Positions 33,839-45,402 of a stretch of DNA of 64,000 bases are shown one piece after another. Numbering within the stretch: position 1 is the stretch's first letter; each line of letters begins with the position of its first letter. The notes below the pieces were generated by a model, which was not told where the DNA came from, did not search any database, and saw only the letters and a program-made list of their open reading frames with translations. Origin of the DNA: Thecamonas trahens ATCC 50062 (taxonomy: Eukaryota > Protista > Apusomonadida); contig NW_013657659.1 in NCBI RefSeq assembly GCF_000142905.1, positions 269,458 through 333,457 of the forward strand, given 5' to 3'. The translations under genes and the position numbers were made by a program.

Positions 33839-35144
33839 ATGAATGGAGTGGAGCGGTGGCCAGCAGCAGCAGCCACTGCCGCCGCATCAGCAGGCGCAGG
33901 ACCACCGCCACCACCCGCACGGCCCTTGGCACCAGGACCTGCAACACTTGTAGCACTCATCCACCCAGCACGAGATGGCAAGCGAGTGGAGGGTGTGCGG
34001 GAGGCCGTGTGGGACGTGCTTCCGCCGGTTCCGGTCTACGACGGGTCGGCCTGGCAGCTGGGCTTTGCTGCCTTTTACCTCGTGCTTTTACTCGGCTACG
34101 CTGCGCTGTACTGCATGGGCATGGCGTCAGCGCGGGCTCATGCGGAGAGCAAGGTCGGCGGGAAGCGGAGGAAGGGCAAGGACCGGGGCGACGGAGAGGC
34201 AGAGGCAGGCGAGGTTGCTGGCGTCGTCTCCTCGGTCCGGGTCTATCCGGTCAAGTCGTGCTCGGGCATGGAGGTGGAGGCGTGGCCGGTCGGACCGACA
34301 GGGCTTGTGCTCGATCGGGCGCTGTGTGTGGTCAATGCGGCGAGCGGCGAGTTTTGCCATGCCCGCAAGGCGCCGCAGATGCTGACGTGCCGGGCGACGG
34401 CGACGATTCACGATCTTGGGCCGCACCCGGACGCGCCGCTGCTGCCGTCCAAGTTTGACATTCGCCTCACAGTCGAGCACGTTGACAGCCAGCTCACCAT
34501 CACTGCGCGCGACGTTCGCGCTGGTGACGGCGATGAGCCGCGTGAGGTCTCGGTCTGGTCATCGCACATGCTGGCGGCACCGGTCGAGGCGCGCAAGGCG
34601 CGGGTCTCGACTTGGGTCTCGGACCTGCTGCGCTGGTCACCATGGGCGAGGCCTACTCGCGGCCGATCGGTTCCGGCTATGTCGACGAGCTTGGCGGCGC
34701 CGGTGACGGCGCGCAAACGGCGTTCACCGACTCGCTCCGTTTTTACTCATTGGCACGGCGTCGCTCGACGCGCTCAACGAGCGGCTTGCTCGCGACGGCC
34801 TCGAGACGGTGAGCATGGAGCGGTTCCGGCCGAACGTGGTGGTGACGACGACGACGCCACACATCGAGGATCGGTGGAGGCGGATCCGCATTGGTGAGTT
34901 TGAGTTTGGCATTGCGTCGGCCTGCTCGCGCTGCATCCTCACCACCATCGACCCCAGCACTGGGGCGTTTACTGACGTCCCGTTCAAGACGCTGCAGAGC
35001 TACCGCCGCCCGCCCAAGGGCGCGCGGCCGCTGTTTGGCGTCAAACTTGTCCAGCTGGCCGGGCCGGCGACAGGCGGCGAGCTCGCAGTCGGGCTCGACG
35101 TCGAGGTCCTTGAGCTTGCTGACGAGCCGATCATGCGGACGTAG
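33839..35144 (+). CDS. MOSC-domain molybdenum-cofactor protein (mARC-like) with N-terminal TM anchor; frameshifts at ~34600-34735
   Basis: RVYPVKSC, DR, reconstructed FTD..PFLLIGTASLDALNER, MERFRPNVVV, CSRCILTTIDP and PLFG. The true start may be the ATG at 33975. Confidence 0.82.
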
Positions 35145-35206
35145 CGGGCAGCAAAGTCGAAGTGGGGCGAGTGGCAAGCTACTGCCACCGGAGCTTGGCA
35201 CCGCCC

Positions 35207-38200
35207 TCAAACGCGGCGTGCTCGTGCATGCCCGACGACCGCGACGAGCGGAGCGGTGGAAGGCGAGCCGGCGACTTTGCGGCGTTTGTCTTGGACCGTG
35301 TGGCGGCGCCCGGCGGGGGCCGACGTTGAGCTTGGGTGCGCCGCCGGCGGTAAAGATTCGATTGTACGAGGTCTCGCGGTTGACCAGCTCGAGCTTAAAG
35401 TACTGCATGTCGTCCATGGCCTTGTTGAGCAGCGCCGTCCGCTCCTGGACCAAGTCCTCGAGCGCGGCAATGCGCTCGACGTCCTGCGGCCTTGCCTCGC
35501 GGTGCTCGTACTGATACTCTAGGTCCTTGATCTGTGAGTTGAGGAGCGCGACCTTGTCATCCATGAGCTTGAGGGTAGTGGCAAACTCCTGCTTGACGCT
35601 CTCGAGCTGCGCTGCCGCCGCTGTAGCAGCGGCGTCGGCCTCAGCGCTGGCTTTAGCCCGGAGCTCGTCTTCCAACGCCGCCAGCGCCGCCCGGGACTCG
35701 GAGCGGATCTGTAGCACGTCTTGCACCTTGGTCTTGAGCTCAGCTCGGGTCGACTCGACAAGCGAGCGCGCGTCAGCGAGCTCGTTGCGGCACGTGGCAT
35801 GGGCCTGGACCTCTGCAGCGTGGGCGGTCCGGACACTATCCAGCTCGTTCTTGACGGCACGCAGCGCAGAGTCAGCGGCCGACTTTTGTGCGGCGAGCTC
35901 CTGAGCTGCAGCGGCTGCGGCGGCGTCGGCGGCTGCGGCTGCTGTTGCAGCTAGCTCGGCTTCGCGCTCGGCAAGTATGTTTGCGGCGCGGAGCTCGGCA
36001 GCGGCGACGGCGTCGCGGAGTTCGGCATCGGCTGTAGCTGTCTGGGCCTCGAGCGCGTCACGGGCAGCCGCCTGTGCGGCGGCCAAGTCGACTCTTGCCT
36101 GCGACTCGAGCGCGATGCGGAGCGCTTCGAGGTCGGCCTTGGCCTTTGCTTCGGCGGCAGCCAGCTCGGCCTTGGCAGCAGCGAGAGCCTCATCGCGCTC
36201 GGCAGCAAGGGCGGCAGCCGTCTGGTTCTGAGCCGAGCGGGCTTCGGCGAGAGCAGCCTCATGGGCGGCGGCGGCGGCGGTGGCGGCGGCGTTGAGGCGG
36301 GCAACTTCGGCTTCGAGCTCGGCACACTGCTTGAGTAGCGAGGCTTCCGCGGCGGCGGCCGAGCGCTCGAGCTGGGCGCGGAGCGCGTCGAGCTTGGCGG
36401 CAGCGGTAGCCTCGCACTCGGCAGTGACCTGGGCGCGGAGCGCAGCCTCAAAGTCGGATAGCTCGGACTTGAGCGTGGACTGAGCCTCGGCCTGAAGGGC
36501 GGTCAGTGAGTCGCGGTGGGCCTCGGCCTCGGACTCAAGCTTGCGCTGCAGTTCCGCAACTTGAGCCTCCAGCGAGGCGACGGCCGTCTCAGCGACGGTC
36601 AGCTTCTCCGACGCGAGGGTGAGCGCGGTCCTCGCCTCGTCGCGATCCGTGGCAGTAGACTCGAGCTCGGCTCTCAAGGCTTGAGCTTCCTTTGCAGAGC
36701 GGCGACCTTGGAAGATGAGTTGGAGGAGGCCGCAGCCAGCTTGGCCTCGGCGGCGGCCAGGTCAGCACGCACTTGCGAGAGTTCGTTATGGAGTGAAGCA
36801 AGCTCGGCGTTGGCGTCGGTCTCACGCTGCTCAGCGGCGGCAAGTGCCTCCTGGGCACGAGCCAGCTGGTTCTGCAAGCTCTGAGCGGACATGGTGGAAG
36901 ACTCGCGAGCAGTGGCAAGATCGCCCTCGAGCTGAGCAATTGTGGCGGCAGACTCTGCAGCGGCGTTTGCGGCGGCGTTCTTTGCGGCGGCCAGCTCTGC
37001 TGCGGCGGCGCTTTGTGCGGCAGCCAGGGCGGCGGCGGCAGACTCCGCGGCAGCGGCGGCCAAAGCCTTGGCAGTCGCCAGCTCGGCAGAGAGCTCGGCG
37101 ACCGACGAAGAGCCAGACGCGCGGGCTGCCTCTAGCGAGCGCTCGGTTGAGGCAAGCTGGGACTTGGCGTCGGCGAGAGCGGCGTCGGCATCGGCGGCGG
37201 CGGCGTCGGCAGATGCCTTTGCAGTTACCAGCTCGGTCTCGAGCGCCGCAATGCGAGCCTTGGCCTCGGCAGCCTCATTGCTTGCAGCCTCAAGGGCTGT
37301 CAACTTATCGCTCAGCTCGGCACGGAGCTTGGCGATGGTGGCGTCGCGCTCGGAGACGGCCTCGGACGTCTGACCATGGGCCGACTCGAGGCGCGCCCGT
37401 GACGCCTCGAGATCGGCTACGTCCTGCAGGGCCGATGCAAGGCGCGCCTCGAGCTGTTCAGCGTGAGCGGCGTGCTTTGACTCGGCCAGTTCTGCGGCAG
37501 CAGCGGCGGCGGCGGCAGCGGCGGCAGCTGCATCGCGGAGCTTGTCGTTGGTAGCGTTGGCGGCAGCGAGCTTGGCGGCAGCAGCAGCAGCAGCATCAGC
37601 AGCAGCGGCGTCGGCGGCAGCCTGGACCTCGGCGCGAGCGGCAGCTACAAGCGAGTCGATACGTTCGTTGGAGCGGGTCTCGAGCTCGAGGCGGAGCGCG
37701 TCCTCGGCCTCGAGGCGCTCGGCAAGCATGGCGTTGTACTTTTCGTTTGCGGCCTTGATGGCGGTGTCCATCTCGGCCTCGTGGCGTGCGGCGGCGTCAG
37801 CAGCAGAAGATGCTCGCGACGAATCAAAAGCGGCGGCGAGCTCGTCAAAAGCAGCCATCTTGTCGGCGAGTGCGGCCTTGAGTGAGGCGACTTGCTTGGA
37901 GAGCGAGGAGACCTTTGTGGAGTACTTGGTCGCCAGGCTCTTCTCGCGATCGGCAACCGAGTCACGGAAGGCCTCAAACTGGGCGAGAGCTTTGGCCTTG
38001 TTTGCCTCGTTCTGCTGGGCGTAGAGCTTGAGCGCCTCCTTGGTCCGTGCCGACGAGCCTGCATCGGCCTGGCGCTTGAACTCGTCGATGCGGCGCTTGG
38101 TGTCGGCCAGCACGCGCTCGACTTCTGCGTCATGGCGGGCCTGCAGTTCACGGAGCTCATACTCGTGGTCCTCGTTCTTGGTGTTGAGGTGGTAGATGAC

Positions 38201-38296
38201 TTTGGTGAGCGCGGCAACCTTCTTGGACATCCGTTTGTGGAGCGCCGCGGCAGCAGCCTCGCCGCCCAGCTCGGCGTTGGAGCCGCCTCTCCGCAT
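35207..38296 (-). CDS. FAM184-like long coiled-coil protein; frameshift ~36680, 3' end uncertain
   Basis: N-terminal MSKKVAALTKVIYHLNTKNEDHE and C-terminal YFKLELVNRETSYNRIF match the two conserved ends of FAM184A/B, separated by Ala/Glu-rich coiled coil. Confidence 0.8.
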
Positions 38297-38830
38297 GTCG
38301 GACTGGAGCGGAGTTGGAGAGAGAGGAGGGGGGAGGGGAGGGGAGGGNNNNNNNNNNNNNNNNNNNNNNNNNNNNNNNNNNNNNNNNNNNNNNNNNNNNN
38401 NNNNNNNNNNNNNNNNNNNNNNNNNNNNNNNNNNNNNNNNNNNNNNNNNNNNNNNNNNNNNNNNNNNNNNNNNNNNNNNNNNNNNNNNNNNNNNNNNNNN
38501 NNNNNNNNNNNNNNNNNNNNNNNNNNNNNNNNNNNNNNNNNNNNNNNNNNNNNNNNNNNNNNNNNNNNNNNNNNNNNNNNNNNNNNNNNNNNNNNNCCAA
38601 AAGTTGGGCGGGCGGGCGGGCGGGCGGCGGGCGGCGGGCGGTTGGTCGAACGGCCGGTGGCGGGTTTGGTTTTTGGCCGGCAGCGGAGCGGAAGGCGAGC
38701 GACAGCCGCCTGACACACACCGACGGCCGAGGTGGTGGTGGTGGTGTCGACGGCTTATCTCACACGGCACATCTGTCTCGACCTCGATTGCCTCTTGTGA
38801 CTGTGCTTGTGCTGTAGACGAGGGTAGAGT

Positions 38831-41800
38831 ATGGCGGACACGAGCTCGGTGCAGGTATGCGGCGTGTGCGGTGTGTGTGGCGGTGGTGTCGGTGGTGGGC
38901 CGAGTTGGTGCGGGGCTTGGGTGAGGGGAGGGCGGGGGGGGGGGGCGGAGAACTTATGACATGGAGGTTGTGGTGAATGGGGGAGGACAGATTGCGGTGC
39001 GGATGCGGCCGTTCAACGAGCGTGAGAAGAAGCTCAAGACGGCCAAGTGCGTGGAGATGGTCGGCCAGATGTGCACGGTGACGGACCCAGAGTCGGGCAA
39101 GGAGCGGCAGTTCTCGTTCAACTACTGTTATGACTCGTTCCAGCCGGGGTCGGAGCACTTTGCCTCGCAGGAGATGGTCTTTCGCGACCTGGGCATCTCG
39201 TACCTGGAGAACGCGTGGAAGGGGTACAACTGCTCGATCTTTGCGTACGGGCAGACCGGGGCCGGCAAGTCGTACTCGATGACTGGCGCGCCGGGCCAGC
39301 CGGGCATTATTCCGCGCGGGCTGGCGGAGATGTTCCAGCGGATTGACGCCAATGACGATCCAGACCTCTCGTTCCGAGTCGAGGTCTCGTTCCTGGAGAT
39401 TTACATGGAAAAGGTGCGCGACCTGTTTTCGGCGACGCCGACGGCCGGTAGCCTCAAGGTGCGCGAGAGCCCCAAGCTCGGGATCTATGTCGAAGGCCTC
39501 AAGAAGGAGCGTGTGGCGTGTTATGAGGACGTAGAGCAGCTGATGGAGCTGGGCAACACCATGCGAACGGTGGCGCAGACGAACATGAACGCGGTGTCGT
39601 CACGGTCGCACTCTGTGCTCACTGTCCTGCTCACGCAGACGCGAATCAACAAGGAGTCGATGACGGCGTCGGACATGACGAGTAAGATCAACCTCATTGA
39701 TCTCGCCGGCTCTGAGCGGCAGGGCAAGACTGGGGCCGAGGGCCAGCGGCTCAAGGAGGGCTCGGCGATCAACCAGTCGCTGACGGCGCTGGGCAACGTG
39801 ATCGAGGCGCTGGCAGACAACTGCGTGGCGTCGGCGTCGGGTAAGAAGAAGGCCAAGAAGCGGCTGGTCCCGTACCGTGACTCGAAGCTGACTCGGATTC
39901 TGCAGGAGAGCCTGGGTGGCAACGCCAAGACGATCATGGTTGCGGCGATTTCGCCGGCGGCAGACAACTTTAAGGAGACGCTCTCGACGCTGCGGTACGC
40001 GAATCGGGCATCGAAGATCCAGAACGTGGCGGTGATCAACGAGTCGCCGAACGAGAAGGTCATCCGCGAGCTGAAGGACGAGGTGACGCGGTTGAAGGCC
40101 ATGCTGGCGGCGGCCAACGGCACAGCGGGGCGCTGCTGTCGGAGGACGAGCTCAAGAAGCAGGAAGAGATGGCGGCTGAGCTAGAGGCGCTACGCGAGCA
40201 GCTCTCGCGGCAGAAGGAGTATTTTCGGAGATGGGGATGTCCGAGGAAGAGCGAGCGGCGGCGCAGAATGCGCGGTCGCACCAGACGGCGGAGGAGATGG
40301 CACAGGCGCTCAAGGCGCTGCACGGCATTGACCTCGATGTTGACACATCGCAGCCGCACCTAATCAACCTGCACAATCCGTCGCTACTGTACGGGCTCGA
40401 GGCGGAGCGGACGGTGTTTGGCAAGGCGCAGGAGGCCGACGTGGTGCTCGGGGGCGTGCTGGTGCAGAACCTGCACTGCACGATCAGCAACGCCGAGGGG
40501 CAGTGCACGCTCGAGCCGCACTCGAACGCAGTCCTCTTTCTCGACGGCAACAAGCTCGAGTCTGCGGCGGTGCTCCACGAGGGCGACCGCATTGTGATTG
40601 GCAACAACCACTTTTCCGGTTTGTGGACCCGGTTGAGGTTGAGCGGCAGATGGCCGGCGGGAGCGAGGTGAGATCGGTCCACTACGACCTGCACTACGCG
40701 GTGCAGGAGCTAGCGTCGCACAATCCGCTGACCAAGATCCAGAAGGTGGCCGGTGAGACGGACGCGCAGGCGAAGCGGCGCGGCGAGCTCGAGCTTGTCC
40801 TCACGGACATGCTGCCGTTTATCATGGAGGCGAATGCGGTGTGCAAGTCGATGAACAAGCCGCGGCGGTTCGAGCCTGTGTTTGCGTGCGACATGTCGAA
40901 GGGTTACCACAACGCCAAGACGGAGATCAAGATCAAAGTGGTCCACCTCGACGAGCCAGAGCGCGAGTCGTTCTGGTCGACGGATCGGTTCGAGGACGAG
41001 CTGCTCTCGATGAAGGAGGTGTACGAGGGGTACAACGCGAGTGGCGAAGTGCAGCTTGTTGACGGGTACGACCCGTTCGAGGACCGCCCGGAGACGAGCT
41101 CATCGGGCTCGCACACGTGCTTCTGCTTGCGCTCTCGGAGGGCATTCCGGTGGGGCCGAACCTCCACACGCCGATCTGGGACGCGACCGGCGGGTACCAG
41201 GGCGGACTGATCATCTCGATCTACGTGGCGTCGGTGACGGGCGAAATCATCGAGTATGAGGATCTCGACGACGAGAACTGGCTTGCGGCGGGGTCGCGGG
41301 TCGACTTTCTGGTCTCGATTGCGTCTGTTGTGGGCGTCCCGCTCCAGTACGAGAACGGGGTGTACTGCAAGTTCAAGTTTTTCGATACGGAGCTTGTGTA
41401 CACGCCGCCGTCTGTGGACTGCATTGTCAACCACGAGCTCAACCACAAGCACCTGGTGACGACCAACGTGACGGCCGATCTTGTCAAGTACTTGCAGGAG
41501 GAGGAGCTGGTTGTTGAGGTCTGGGCGGTCGCCGACAAGACGTTCCAGGTCCAGGAGATGACTGGCGGAGCCGAGGGGACCAAGGTCCCGCACTTTATCC
41601 ACACGTCGGACGACGGCGACGGAGCCGGGCTCGGTGACCTCGACGCGAGCTTCATGACTGAGATGCTGGAGCGGATGACGCCGCAGTCGTTCCGGCCGGG
41701 GCAGTACATCATGCGCGAGGGCGACGACGGGCACTCGATGTACTTTCTCACCAAGGGCATTGTCCTTGTGGAGCTCCCCAACGGCGACACGATCCAGATC

Positions 41801-42118
41801 AACGAGGGCACGTTCTTTGGTGAGATCGCGCTCTTCATGCACACGCAGCGGACGGCGTCGATCCGGGCGTACAACGATGTCCAAGTGCAGGTCCTCACCC
41901 GCGACACCTTTAACGATGTGGTGGCCAAGTGGCCGGCGGTCAAGGCGCAGTTTGAGAGTCTCGCCGAGCAGCATCTCGAGTCGGACCGCAAGCGCTCTCG
42001 GCGTGGATCGCGGGTCCAGGAGAACGCGTCGTGGATGAAGCGCATCGCGTCGGTCATTCAGACCGCCATGGGCTCGGCAGTGCCCGGCGGCAGCAACGGA
42101 GCCGGGTCGAGCTCGTAA
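38831..42118 (+). CDS. Kinesin-3 family motor (KIF28/KIF13-like) with FHA domain and C-terminal cyclic-nucleotide-binding domain; exon 1 38831-38854, intron 38855-38990; about 4 frameshifts
   Basis: MADTSSVQ|IAVRMRPFN spliced across GTATGC...CAG. Motor motifs FAYGQTGAGKS, NAVSSRSH, LIDLAGSE and VPYRDSKLT; FHA (PHLINLH...LHEGDRIVIGNNH); EANA motif; cNMP domain (IMREGDDGHSMYFL...FFGEIAL...RTASIRA). Confidence 0.88.
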
Positions 42119-42238
42119 AATGGAGATGACGGCAGCAGTGGGAGGAGGAGGCACCAAACCAAAAGCCGCATGTGTGCTTGTGCGACAGGCATGTGACGTA
42201 GAGTTGGAAGAGCGGGAGGCAGTTGTCGCAGAGGAGGA

Positions 42239-43621
42239 ATGAATCTGGACTTGCTGGGCGAAGAAGGGACGGGAGGGCGCGACGGGGGCGATGGTGGTGG
42301 TGTGAGGGTGGCGTTGGTGGAGGGTGGCGGCGGCGGCGGCGGTGGAGCGGTTGTGGGCGGCGAGTACGACGTGGAGGTGCTGGACGGGCCAGACGCGGTG
42401 CGGCGCGGGACGAAGCTTTCTGCGGCAGCGAACCTGGCCAACTCGACGATTGGGGCCGGGATTCTTGCGCTGCCGATTGTGCTCTCGTACTGTGGGCTTG
42501 TGCCTGGGGTGGCGCTGGTGGTGGCCATGGGGCTCATGGCCGACTTTTCGCTCAATCTGCTGACGTCTGTGGCCAAGACGATGCCGCAGAACCGGCTGAC
42601 GTACGAGGACGCTGGGGTAATGTTCCTCGGTGGAGCTAAGGGGTCCAAGCTTGTGGAGATTTGCACGATTGGAATCAACTTTGGGGCTGTGACGGCGTAC
42701 GTGATCATTCTAGGCGACATGATTGTGCCACTGGCCAAGCTTGTCTTTCCGGATGATTCGATCATGACCTCGCGCGAGGTGCTGACGCTTATTCTTGCGA
42801 CCGGGGCAATGCTGCCGCTTGCACTGCTGCGGCGGATCAACTCGCTGCGGTACGCATCGCTGCTCTCGCTCGCGATGGTGATCACATTTGTAGTGGTGGT
42901 CCTTGTCGACTCTGCGACGAAGAGCTCCAACTCGCACATCAGCGGACGGCACGAGGACATTGCGTGGTTCCGGCTCTCGTCGGACCTGTTCAAGGGAGTG
43001 CCGCTCATCACGTTTGCGTTTGCGTGCCACACCAATTTGTTTCCTGTTCTCAAGGAGATGCCGACGCTCAAGCGGTTCTCGCACGCGATCCACGCGTCGA
43101 CGCTCACGTGCGGCACGCTGTATCTCACTGCTGGCATTGCGGGCTACGTGGTGTTTCTCTCGCAGACGCGCGGCAATCTCTTGGTCGGGTATCCGGACGA
43201 CTCGGTGCTGTTCAACATCCTGCGCGCCCTCTTCTGCCTCACGATGGTTCTCACGTACCCACTGGCCGGGTACCCTGTCCGGCTCTCAGTTGACCGCATG
43301 CTCTTTCCCAAGGCGGCGCGCGAGATGACGACGGCCCGCCTTGTTGGCGTGACGGTGGGGATCTGGGTGGCGGCAGTCTCGCTTGCGCTGGCAGTTCCCA
43401 ACGTGACGGTTGTTTTTGGTCTTGTCGGATCGACGGCGTCGATGTTTACATCGTACATCCTGCCGGGCCTCCTCTTCTACCGCTGCGTGGAGCTCCAGCG
43501 CGAGTCACCGCGGTGGAAGCGGTGGGCGGCGGTGGTGCTTGTTGTGGCGGGCGTTGTGCTCGGGGTGACGTCGACGGCGGTTATCCTTGTTGGCGTTGCG
43601 CGCGGCGAGTCTGACGATTGA
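42239..43621 (+). CDS. Amino acid transporter (SLC38/AVT, Aa_trans family)
   Basis: NLANSTIGAGILALP, LPLALLRRINSLRYAS, FAFACHTNLFPV, VFGLVGS and YILPGL; about 11 TM helices. Confidence 0.92.
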   Translation: MNLDLLGEEGTGGRDGGDGGGVRVALVEGGGGGGGGAVVGGEYDVEVLDGPDAVRRGTKLSAAANLANSTIGAGILALPIVLSYCGLVPGVALVVAMGLMADFSLNLLTSVAKTMPQNRLTYEDAGVMFLGGAKGSKLVEICTIGINFGAVTAYVIILGDMIVPLAKLVFPDDSIMTSREVLTLILATGAMLPLALLRRINSLRYASLLSLAMVITFVVVVLVDSATKSSNSHISGRHEDIAWFRLSSDLFKGVPLITFAFACHTNLFPVLKEMPTLKRFSHAIHASTLTCGTLYLTAGIAGYVVFLSQTRGNLLVGYPDDSVLFNILRALFCLTMVLTYPLAGYPVRLSVDRMLFPKAAREMTTARLVGVTVGIWVAAVSLALAVPNVTVVFGLVGSTASMFTSYILPGLLFYRCVELQRESPRWKRWAAVVLVVAGVVLGVTSTAVILVGVARGESDD

Positions 43622-43643
43622 GTAAAGTATTTAGGCAGGAGAG

Positions 43644-44737
43644 TTAGAGAGCGGCGGCGGCGTCTGCGAGGATGGCGGCGCGGGCGTCGTGGTCAGCGGC
43701 GGCGTTGACGGCATCGACGACGTTTTCAAGGACCTCGGGCTCGGCCGAGGAGCAGAGGCGCTCGATGGTGAGAGCGTCGAGAGCGGGAAGGACTCTGGGA
43801 GCTTGCGCATGTTGCGGCGGGCGATCTTCTTGCGCTTCTTGGCGGCGGCCTTGCCGGCCTTGGCCTTGTTGGCCTCGGCCTTTTTGGCCTCCTCTTCGGC
43901 GCGGGCCTCGGCCTCTGCGGCGGCCTTCTTGGCCTCTGCGGCGGCCTTCTTGGCGGCCTTGGCGTCGAGCTTGGCCTGGCGCTCGGCCTCCTTGGCGGCC
44001 TTGCGCTCGGCGCGGCGGCGTGCGATGCGCGGGTCCTTGGCCTTGGCGAGCTGGACCAGATCGTAGATGCGCTGGTTGTCGCGCTTCTTGAGCTTCTTGG
44101 CCTCGGCCTTGTTCTGCTGCTCCATCCAGCGGCGCTCCTCACGGTCCTCGGCGTTGCTGATCTCGGCGATGGTGTACTTGGCGTAGTACCGGAAGTCGCG
44201 CCACGAGTCAAACTTGGTCCAGAACTCGTAGAAGGCATCGACGTCGTCGTATGGCGTATCCATGTCGCCGAGGAGCGGGACCGGGAGGTTCATGGAGAAG
44301 CGGGCGGTGTCGGCAATGATGGGCTCGAGGACGTCAAAGAAGTTGTCCTTATTGATGGTCTCGGGCTTGGGCATTGTCTCGTTGACATCGTACTGCGACT
44401 CGAACTGGCGCCGGGTGTCGACGTTGATGAGCACGTCGTACGCCTCCTGGACGGCCACAAACGGGGCGTCGCCGAGCCCGCCGTTCTTGTCCGGGTGGGT
44501 GACGACGACCTGGTAGCGGTAGGCCTCCTCGATCTCCTCCTGCGTCGCCTCGAACCGCTGCGGCAGGCCAAGTGCCTCGTACGGGTCACCCATCTTGCGG
44601 CCCTGCTCGGTCATCGACAGCTCCTCGCCCTTGCGCCGCTTCCGCCGGCGCGACTTGGACTTGCTCGACGAGCTGGAGGCGGACTCGCCCGTAGACTCAC
44701 CCGCAGACTTGAGGGCCGGGAACTCGGGCACAGCCAC
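43644..44737 (-). CDS. DNAJC2: Zuotin/DNAJC2 ribosome-associated J-protein (5' end in or near the gap; frameshift ~43770)
   Basis: J-domain with HPDK; zuotin homology VPLLGD...VDAFYEFWTKFDSWRDF and AEDREERRWMEQQNK...DPRI. The reconstructed C-terminus TIERLCSSAEPEVLE...AAAL ends at TAA 43646-43644. Confidence 0.85.
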
Positions 44738-45402
44738 GGTCTTTGTGCTTGCAGCGAGCCAGCCGGGCGAGGCCGGGGCGACCTTGCGGGTGGTGGGGAA
44801 GCCTGTGGGAGGGGGCGGGGNNNNNNNNNNNNNNNNNNNNNNNNNNNNNNNNNNNNNNNNNNNNNNNNNNNNNNNNNNNNNNNNNNNNNNNNNNNNNNNN
44901 NNNNNNNNNNNNNNNNNNNNNNNNNNNNNNNNNNNNNNNNNNNNNNNNNNNNNNNNNNNNNNNNNNNNNNNNNNNNNNNNNNNNNNNNNNNNNNNNNNNN
45001 NNNNNNNNNNNNNNNNNNNNNNNNNNNNNNNNNNNNNNNNNNNNNNNNNNNNNNNNNNNNNNNNNNNNNNNNNNNNNNNNNNNNNNNNNNNNNNNNNNNN
45101 NNNNNNNNNNNNNNNNNNNNNNNNNNNNNNNNNNNNNNNNNNNNNNNNNNNNNNNNNNNNNNNNNNNNNNNNNNNNNNNNNNNNNNNNNNNNNNNNNNNN
45201 NNNNNNNNNNNNNNNNNNNNNNNNNNNNNNNNNNNNNNNNNNNNNNNNNNNNNNNNNNNNNNNNNNNNNNNNNNNNNNGGCGGGGGGGGGGGTAGGTGGC
45301 GTTGTTGGCGACTCGGGCGACTCGGGCGAGTCGGGCGAGTCGGGCGAGTCGAGCGATTCGATACTGATGGACCGGTGGTTGAGGTGGTGTTCTAACTAGC
45401 GA

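Noticed and set aside
33820-33839. Only 18 bp between the divergent HRQ1 and MOSC start codons
   Set aside because: The MOSC start is uncertain. The ATG at 33975 plus one missing base gives a plausible N-terminus and an ordinary ~150-bp spacer.
34743-35207. FAM184-like ORF overlapping ~400 bp of the MOSC gene
   Set aside because: Similarity ends at RETSYNRIF; the extension is probably off-frame read-through after another deletion.
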